From positions 1-48,153 of the forward strand of contig DTRI01000396.1 in NCBI GenBank assembly GCA_012966015.1: a DNA stretch of 48,153 nt. Direction: 5' to 3'. The first letter of the stretch is position 1; each line of letters begins with the position of its first letter. The notes beneath the pieces are model-generated. The model saw only the letters and a list, made by a program, of their open reading frames with translations, was not told the origin of the DNA and searched no databases. A program made the translations under genes and the position numbers. Shown piece after piece: positions 41,924 through 48,153 of the stretch. The stretch comes from Flavobacteriales bacterium. Its GTDB lineage: Bacteria > Bacteroidota > Bacteroidia > NORP154.

Positions 41924-43550
41924 TAATCCGATATGTGAAGTCTCCAATAAGGAGAAGGTCAATTTCGTATTCTGCGTAAATTTTGAGAATCTGGCTGTTA
42001 GGAACAGTCGAGAACCTGACTTTGATCAATGCATTCTTTGCCGCCAGGATGTTGCTTACCTTATTTTCATCAACCGGTATGTCAATTCGAGACAGAACTT
42101 TGTTGGTAACCCTCAATCCTATATCCACCGGAGCTGCAGTAATTTTATTTGCCTGATTGGAAATCAGCGAATCCGTTATGTTATAATTGTTGTCGTACAA
42201 GTATAATTGAATGTAAGCTTCATAGGGAAACCCATTGTTAACATCCAAATGCAGGAACCCCCCCACGATATTGTTCTCTGTTCCATTTTCTGAAGGTGCG
42301 GCAGAAAACAGAACTGTATCCTGGATCGTTAGTGCATTAGCCGAAAAGGAAACCGGGAGCTGCAGCTTCAGGCTCACCTTGAAATCGCTTTCGAAATAAA
42401 AGAAGTCGTTCCCATTAGAATTGTTACCCCAGGGATTGATGGCAATATCATAGGAATGGCCCAGGAGATCGGGAAAATTTTCTATGAACTCTGCTACATT
42501 CGAGTTGGTACTGTTTATGTTGAGATCATATTTGCTGTATGTAAACCTGTAACCAGGTGATGGAACCTGAGATGCTCTGATTAAGTTGATAGAGGTGCCA
42601 ATAAATGCATGATTGAGAAATACATCAGTACCGGTCGAGCTATTGATCGCGTTAAGCGTGTCTATAACTATCTGAGCATCCATGCCGAATCCATTCTCAA
42701 TACTCAGCTGCATATCGATTGATTCCAGATCCAAAAAGCCCGAAGTCACATTGTTGAAAAAATCCAATGTGTCAATCTGCTGATTTATCGATATGTTGTA
42801 TTGCCCGAAATAACCCTTTGCGTAATCTGTAATGATATCCTCTAAATTGTACTTAATCTCAAAGAAATCGCCAGCGGTAATAGGTACGGAATCAGGGGCA
42901 GCTACATCTATGATCACTGATATATTAGCGAGTATAGTGTTGAAATCATTTCCAAACGTGCCTTTTAGGTCCACATCATAGCCCGTTAGATTGAATTTTA
43001 CATAAGCTGTAGCGGGATTTGATATGCTTCCAGCAGGAACTTGCGTAGAAACTGAGAAAGGAACACCCTGTTTTATGAATCCAGGCATGCTATAACTGAC
43101 TACGGTCATTTCAGGAATGCTGCTTGATAATTCAAAAGATACAAATCCCGACCTGATCCTGGCTTCGGTTAGCTCCACCGTCTTGAGATTGTATTTAGTC
43201 TCGTTTGTGAGGTTGTTCAGCGTCGGAATTCCCTGTCCGGGCTGGAGGTAGAAGGAGCCAAATGGCAGATCAAAACGTTCCTTGATGCTGGTATCCGGTA
43301 GTGATACCAATGTATCCAGTGAAAGCCTGAATATTGTATTGTCGAATACGATGGTTAAGGAGCTATCGGGGTTGGTTTGGATCAGGGAATCTGGAACCAG
43401 GTTCTTTACGCCCAATGAGGTTTTCAGAATGGGGGCAAGAACATCTACATCCCATGACGGGCCGTTATTTCCCTTCCTGCACGCATCCAGGGACAGCATT
43501 GACAGGGCTAACAGTGCTAGTAAGAGTTTATTAATCAGATTTCTCATCAT
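41913..43550 (-). CDS. Hypothetical lipoprotein (Asn/Ser/Thr-rich, beta-rich)
   Basis: 545-aa ORF. The signal peptide has a lipobox-like LSLDAC (MMRNLINKLLLALLALSMLSLDAC). No family was recognised. Confidence 0.7.
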   Translation of the reverse strand: MMRNLINKLLLALLALSMLSLDACRKGNNGPSWDVDVLAPILKTSLGVKNLVPDSLIQTNPDSSLTIVFDNTIFRLSLDTLVSLPDTSIKERFDLPFGSFYLQPGQGIPTLNNLTNETKYNLKTVELTEARIRSGFVSFELSSSIPEMTVVSYSMPGFIKQGVPFSVSTQVPAGSISNPATAYVKFNLTGYDVDLKGTFGNDFNTILANISVIIDVAAPDSVPITAGDFFEIKYNLEDIITDYAKGYFGQYNISINQQIDTLDFFNNVTSGFLDLESIDMQLSIENGFGMDAQIVIDTLNAINSSTGTDVFLNHAFIGTSINLIRASQVPSPGYRFTYSKYDLNINSTNSNVAEFIENFPDLLGHSYDIAINPWGNNSNGNDFFYFESDFKVSLKLQLPVSFSANALTIQDTVLFSAAPSENGTENNIVGGFLHLDVNNGFPYEAYIQLYLYDNNYNITDSLISNQANKITAAPVDIGLRVTNKVLSRIDIPVDENKVSNILAAKNALIKVRFSTVPNSQILKIYAEYEIDLLLIGDFTYRINGN

Positions 43551-43563
43551 CTATGCGTTATAG

Positions 43564-43571
43564 CAAAGATA
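43564..43571 (-). promoter_or_regulatory. Candidate -7 box (TAnnTTTG) for the four-gene envelope operon
   Basis: The minus strand reads TATCTTTG, ending 13 nt upstream of the ATG at 43550, which implies a very short leader. Confidence 0.35.
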
Positions 43572-43685
43572 TGCTATTTGATTTCCTTGAATAACCGCTT
43601 GAATTATATTAATTAACAGTGGGATGGCTTGTGTAAAGACGCAGGCGGGATTGAAAGGATGCCTTGATAAAAGCAATGCCCCTAG

Positions 43686-44975
43686 CTAATAATCATATCT
43701 CTTACCCCATAAAGTTTTGAGCCTTTCCTTCATTTCCCGCTCCCGTGCATTCTCACCGGGCTTGTAAAATGTCTCGCCATGTAATTCTTCTGGCAGGTAT
43801 TCCTGATCTGTAAAATTCCCTACAAATTCGTGTGAATACTTATAGTCTTTTCCATAATCCAGGTCCTCCATTAAACTGGTGGGGGCATTTCTTAGATGCA
43901 AGGGCACCGATAAATTACCCTTCTCGGCTACAATTGCTTTTGCTTCTTTTATAGCGAGATATGATGCATTGCTTTTAGAAGAAGCCGCCAGGTAAATTGC
44001 TGTTTGCGATAATATTAGCTCGCATTCCGGATAACCTATAATATTTATCGCCTGGAAGCAATTGTTGGCTATTACCAATGCGGTTGGGTTTGCGTTGCCG
44101 ATATCTTCTGAAGCCAGAATAAGCATTCTCCTGGCGATGAATTTTGGGTCTTCTCCTCCTGCTATCATCCTTGCCAACCAATACACGGCGGCATTGGGAT
44201 CGCTGCCCCTCATGGATTTAATAAAAGCAGAGATGATGTCATAATGCTGTTCGCCCGTTTTATCGTAAACCGCAATGTTCTGCTGCACCTGTTCCATTAC
44301 CATTTTATTGGTGATGTTAATGGTTGCTTGGCCCGATGAATCTACCAGCAGATCGAGAATGTTCAGCATTTTTCGAGCATCTCCTCCCGACAACCTCAGA
44401 AGGGCTTCGTCCTCTTTAAGCACTATTTTTTTCTTGCTGAGCGATGCATCATTTTTTATTGCTGCATTCAGCATTTGAAGTAATTCTTTCCTGTCCAGGG
44501 ATTTTAAAATATACACCTGACAGCGAGAGAGGAGGGGTGTGATCACCTCAAATGACGGGTTTTCTGTTGTGGCACCTATTAGCGTAATTACACCTTGTTC
44601 TACGGCGCCGAGCAACGAGTCCTGTTGTGACTTGCTGAAGCGATGAATTTCATCGATAAATAGGATTGGGTCCGATCCCTCGAAATTCAATTCTGTTTCT
44701 TGCCTCTTAGCCTTTTCAATAACCTCTCTTACATCTTTTACCCCACTGTTTATAGCACTTAACGAATAAAAAGGGCGCTTGAGTTGTTCTGATATAATCA
44801 GGGCCAGGGTTGTTTTCCCAACCCCTGGAGGCCCCCACAGAATCATTGAAGGAATACGACCGCTATTTATGGCATTTCGCAAAACTGCATCTTTGCCTAC
44901 CAGGTGTTCCTGGCCAATAAATTCGTTTAAATGTTTGGGACGTAAACGTTCGGCCAGGGGTTGGTTTCGGTTCAT
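43686..44975 (-). CDS. rarA: Replication-associated recombination protein A (AAA+ ATPase, MgsA/RarA)
   Basis: 429-aa ORF. Motifs are LAERLRPKHLNEFIGQEHL, Walker A GPPGVGKTT and Walker B LFIDEIHRF, with a C-terminal MgsA domain (YWLARMIAGGEDPKFIARR). Confidence 0.9.
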   Translation of the reverse strand: MNRNQPLAERLRPKHLNEFIGQEHLVGKDAVLRNAINSGRIPSMILWGPPGVGKTTLALIISEQLKRPFYSLSAINSGVKDVREVIEKAKRQETELNFEGSDPILFIDEIHRFSKSQQDSLLGAVEQGVITLIGATTENPSFEVITPLLSRCQVYILKSLDRKELLQMLNAAIKNDASLSKKKIVLKEDEALLRLSGGDARKMLNILDLLVDSSGQATINITNKMVMEQVQQNIAVYDKTGEQHYDIISAFIKSMRGSDPNAAVYWLARMIAGGEDPKFIARRMLILASEDIGNANPTALVIANNCFQAINIIGYPECELILSQTAIYLAASSKSNASYLAIKEAKAIVAEKGNLSVPLHLRNAPTSLMEDLDYGKDYKYSHEFVGNFTDQEYLPEELHGETFYKPGENAREREMKERLKTLWGKRYDY

Positions 44976-45000
44976 GATTGTCTACAATAATCAGCAACCA

Positions 45001-48000
45001 CTAATTTATGATTTTATCGGCTCCAAGTCCTCTGAAAATAATTTTAAATACGGTACCTTTTTGCGCTTTTTTCTCTATGGTACCATCAATTTGTTCTACC
45101 AGAATTCGTACCAATTCCAATCCCAATGTTCCAGTATTTTCTTCCAGGATGTTCTTTCCGGACCCTATTCCATTATCTCCGACAATTAATTTGTACTGTC
45201 TGTCTTCTGTCGTATCCAGGAATATGTGGATTTTGCCTGCGTTTCTATTCTCAAAAGCATATTTGATTGAATTTGTGATCAATTCATTCATAATGAGTCC
45301 CATCGGAATGAGGGTATCAATTTCCAGGGATTCAACTGAGACCTGCACATCCAATGTGATGTGTTTGTCATAACTGTAGGATTTTATCAGATTATGGGCC
45401 AGTAAATTCACGTACTCCTTAATATTGATGTGAGCAAGATCCGCCGACATGTACATCTTCTCGTGTATGAGTGACATAGATTTAATTCTGTCCATTGACT
45501 TCTGAAATACAGCTTTAATGTTCTTATCCTTAATATAGCCCGATTGTATGCTGAGCAGGCTGTTGATGATCTGTAAGTTATTCTTCACCCTGTGGTGAAT
45601 TTCCTTCAACAACAATTCCTTTTCATCTTTTTCTCTCGTTATTTCTGCAATCCTTCTTTCAACTTCATTTGCCAGGTGTTTTTTCGAATCACTCAATTGT
45701 TTTGTTCTTACAAAAATGAGCCCGTATAAGATGAAGACAATGATTATTATTCCCAATGTATAAAACCACCAAGATCTCCACAGGGGAACGCCAACCTCGA
45801 AACTGAAAGTTGATGGCTCTTCGTTCCAGATGTTATCACTATTTGCCGCCAAAACTTGAAACGTATAAATACCGGGCGGAATGTTGGAATAGGTAGTACT
45901 TCGTTCTGCCGTTACAGGTGACCAGTCAGCGTCAAAACCTTCAAGCTTAAAGCTGTACCTCACCTTTTCGGGATACTTATTGGATATTCCCACATAATCA
46001 AACGTAAGGTGGTTTTGGTTGTGAGGTAAATAAAGTGAATTGGGAAGTTTGAACCACGATTGTGATCCCTTGCTATATTGGACGAGGTCGATATTATCGA
46101 AGAACAATTTTACATTAGTGATGTGTGTTGATACTTCCACCTGATTGGTAAAGTCTTCTTTGGAGTCATATTGAATAGCACCTCTAACTGTTCCGAACCA
46201 TAATTTCCCATCCGAATCTTTGCAAACAGCCCTTGTGTTACATTCAATTCCCCGAAATCCTTCCTCCTTGCCATAGTTCTTTACAAAAGCAATATCTCCA
46301 TATTCATCTAATATAACCTTATCAACGCCCTTGTTGGTACCTACCCAAAGATTGCCTATATCATCTAAGGCCATTAGATAAATGGTATTGGATGAAAGCC
46401 CATCGTCTTCGGAGTATGTTTCAAATTTGATTCCATTATAGCGCACAATGCAACGATCAGTTCCAAACCATATATTTCCTGCTTTGTCTTCCACAATTGA
46501 GCCAACATATGCATTGCAAAATCCTGAAGTTTGCCCGTAGGTAGTGAACTTCTCACCATCAAATGCATTTGCTCCGGCACCTGTTCCAAACCAGATGGTT
46601 CCTTTGCTGTCTTCTAGCATGCAATGAATATAGTTATGACTTAAACCATCTTCATGCGTGTAGTGCGTGTACGATTGGCCATCATATTTCATCAGGCCAT
46701 CGCCATAAGTTCCTATCCAAAGGTTGCCTTCCCTATCATACATTAAAGATCTGATATGATTGCTGCTGAGCCCGTCACGAATTGTATAGTTCCGAAATGC
46801 ATTGTTGGTAAATCGTGATAATCCATTTTCAGTTGCAAACCATAAATTTTCTCCCTCTTTCAAAATCGCACGAACGTTGTTTCCGGCAAGGCCTTCCCGG
46901 GTAGTAAAATGACTTACTTCTTTTCCATCATATCGATATGCTCCATCACCTGATGTGCCCACCCATATATTTTTAGAATTGTCCTCGGTTATAGCAAAGA
47001 TGTTATTGTTTTTTAGCCCTTCAATATTTTCATAATAAGTGAATATTTCACTTGAAAACTTAACAGCCCCTCCTCCAACTGTGCCGAACCAAATATTGCC
47101 AATTTGGTCTTCGCATATGGACATAATAACGTTACTGCCCAAGCCGTTCTCGTATCTATAAGAGGTTATTTCCTTTTTCGCGACTTTAAATACTCCACGG
47201 CCATTGGTTGCGATCCAGATATTCCCTTTACTGTCAGGCTTGATAAATGTAACGCTGAAATCGGAAAGACCGGCTTCGACGCCAATCTGTTCGAAATCTG
47301 GATCATCTCTTTGAATACTACCTGCAGACAGTCTTAAGGCTCCATTTCGTTCAACTCCAATCCACATGTTGCCTTCAAGATCCTGGGAAATACATCTAAT
47401 GTCATTATACGGCAGCCCGTCGATTGCAATGATAGTTTTGAAGTTGCCGTCTTTCATAACATTTATACCCCGATCTGTGCCCACCCAGATAGAGCCGTCC
47501 TGTGCTTTAAAGAGACACCTGATTACGTTGCTGATGAGTCCCTGCTCTGTAGTGATGTTGGAAAATTCGTAACCACCATCTGTAATACTGATTCCCGAAT
47601 TCGAGCCAATCCAAACCATGTCATTGTCATCTACGACCAGGCAATTTGATCCATCAGAGAGGAGACCCTCACTCATTCCAATGGTTAGAAAGTTCTTTCC
47701 GTTAAATCGTGTAACTCCTCCCCATGTTGCTCCTATCCAAATATTTCCATTACTGGTTTCTGAAATACCGGTAATAATTGGGCCCCCCAGGCCGTCTTTT
47801 TCTTTATATTGCTTAAACGTAATACCATCATATTGACATATGCCGCCTCCTGCAGTTCCAAACCACAAATATCCGCGGCTGTCTTCAAAAATCACATTAA
47901 CCTGAGACTGAGGTAAGCCCTCATTTACAGAGAATGGTTCAAAATTATACTGCTGAGCAACTGATGTATATATAGTGCAAAACAGCAAGAAGAAATATGA

Positions 48001-48102
48001 GATTATTCTTTTCAAGCTAATACATTGATTGAAAATTAATGTTAAGCTACCAAAATAGAAGCATAATAAAAGCCAGTTAAGTCTAACCAGCATTTTCACC
48101 AC
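45001..48102 (-). CDS. Sensor histidine kinase with periplasmic two-component-regulator propeller repeats, Y_Y_Y domain, one TM helix, HisKA_2 and HATPase domains
   Basis: 1033-aa ORF with many ~45-aa units (G..W.GT..GG....dG..F). The Y_Y_Y-like block is IPPGIYTFQV and the TM helix is WWFYTLGIIIIVFILYGLIFV. The H-box is EIHHRVKNNLQIINSLL and the ATPase blocks are ELITNSIKYAF, VGDNGIG and GLGLELV. The start is uncertain (GTG 48102, ATG 48093 or TTG 48015). Confidence 0.85.
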   Translation of the reverse strand: MVKMLVRLNWLLLCFYFGSLTLIFNQCISLKRIISYFFLLFCTIYTSVAQQYNFEPFSVNEGLPQSQVNVIFEDSRGYLWFGTAGGGICQYDGITFKQYKEKDGLGGPIITGISETSNGNIWIGATWGGVTRFNGKNFLTIGMSEGLLSDGSNCLVVDDNDMVWIGSNSGISITDGGYEFSNITTEQGLISNVIRCLFKAQDGSIWVGTDRGINVMKDGNFKTIIAIDGLPYNDIRCISQDLEGNMWIGVERNGALRLSAGSIQRDDPDFEQIGVEAGLSDFSVTFIKPDSKGNIWIATNGRGVFKVAKKEITSYRYENGLGSNVIMSICEDQIGNIWFGTVGGGAVKFSSEIFTYYENIEGLKNNNIFAITEDNSKNIWVGTSGDGAYRYDGKEVSHFTTREGLAGNNVRAILKEGENLWFATENGLSRFTNNAFRNYTIRDGLSSNHIRSLMYDREGNLWIGTYGDGLMKYDGQSYTHYTHEDGLSHNYIHCMLEDSKGTIWFGTGAGANAFDGEKFTTYGQTSGFCNAYVGSIVEDKAGNIWFGTDRCIVRYNGIKFETYSEDDGLSSNTIYLMALDDIGNLWVGTNKGVDKVILDEYGDIAFVKNYGKEEGFRGIECNTRAVCKDSDGKLWFGTVRGAIQYDSKEDFTNQVEVSTHITNVKLFFDNIDLVQYSKGSQSWFKLPNSLYLPHNQNHLTFDYVGISNKYPEKVRYSFKLEGFDADWSPVTAERSTTYSNIPPGIYTFQVLAANSDNIWNEEPSTFSFEVGVPLWRSWWFYTLGIIIIVFILYGLIFVRTKQLSDSKKHLANEVERRIAEITREKDEKELLLKEIHHRVKNNLQIINSLLSIQSGYIKDKNIKAVFQKSMDRIKSMSLIHEKMYMSADLAHINIKEYVNLLAHNLIKSYSYDKHITLDVQVSVESLEIDTLIPMGLIMNELITNSIKYAFENRNAGKIHIFLDTTEDRQYKLIVGDNGIGSGKNILEENTGTLGLELVRILVEQIDGTIEKKAQKGTVFKIIFRGLGADKIIN

Positions 48103-48153
48103 ACCAAAATTAATAAATCAGGTACTAAAGTCTGAAGTATTGGTTGAGCTCTA

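Noticed and set aside
31568-44975. A possible defence or repair island, given the helicase (recQ), AAA+ ATPase (rarA) and glycosylase (mpg) genes.
   Set aside because: All three carry the canonical housekeeping motifs and lengths of RecQ, RarA/MgsA and Mpg. They are separated by ordinary envelope and metabolic genes. No nuclease, methyltransferase, toxin-antitoxin, Cas or reverse-transcriptase-like ORFs are present.
44779-45189. A 136-aa plus-strand ORF spanning the rarA start and the sensor kinase end.
   Set aside because: It is antisense to two strongly supported genes and crosses their 25-nt spacer, so it is a shadow ORF.
1-48153. I looked for CRISPR arrays, tRNA/rRNA/tmRNA genes, transposases, integrases and long terminal inverted repeats.
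   Set aside because: There are no regularly spaced 25-40-nt direct repeats, no tRNA-like T-arm/acceptor patterns in the spacers I read, and no DDE or tyrosine-recombinase-like ORFs. Small structured RNAs could still be missed by eye; a tRNAscan-SE/Infernal run would be decisive.

Overview
This is a 48.2-kb chromosomal segment that looks like a gliding Bacteroidota genome (Cytophagia/Flavobacteriia-like). Supporting signs are T9SS type A and type B C-terminal sorting domains, a PorP/SprF gene, several TPR/PD40/OmpA envelope proteins, and TAnnTTTG -7 boxes upstream of several genes. I call 37 protein-coding genes (one partial at the 5' edge) and one probable gene remnant. I saw no rRNA, tRNA, CRISPR array, transposase, integrase or recognisable defence system. 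About half the window is housekeeping: mtaB, lgt, prolyl oligopeptidase, murQ, a fused 2-oxoacid dehydrogenase E1, padR-pspC, a MATE pump, mpg, recQ, an aldo/keto reductase and rarA. Three gene sets stand out. (1) A UbiA prenyltransferase lies divergent from a type III PKS, methyltransferase and flavoprotein operon (7969-11925), an srs/agq-like phenolic-lipid cluster. (2) A co-directional string at 1-5198 encodes a TPR protein, a PaaK-like adenylating enzyme, a permease-less ABC ATPase, a long PlsC-type acyltransferase and two tandem secreted paralogs, and is closed by one strong terminator. (3) A tightly overlapping four-gene operon at 37565-43550 encodes an unknown lipoprotein, an unknown outer-membrane barrel, a 7-repeat T9SS cargo protein and a GT-C (GT39-like) glycosyltransferase. 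The intergenic regions also carry unusual short elements: a 25-nt REP-like motif present three times, hexamer and heptamer arrays, and opposed CGAA/TTCG arrays. All functional calls come from reading motifs by eye; no searches were run.
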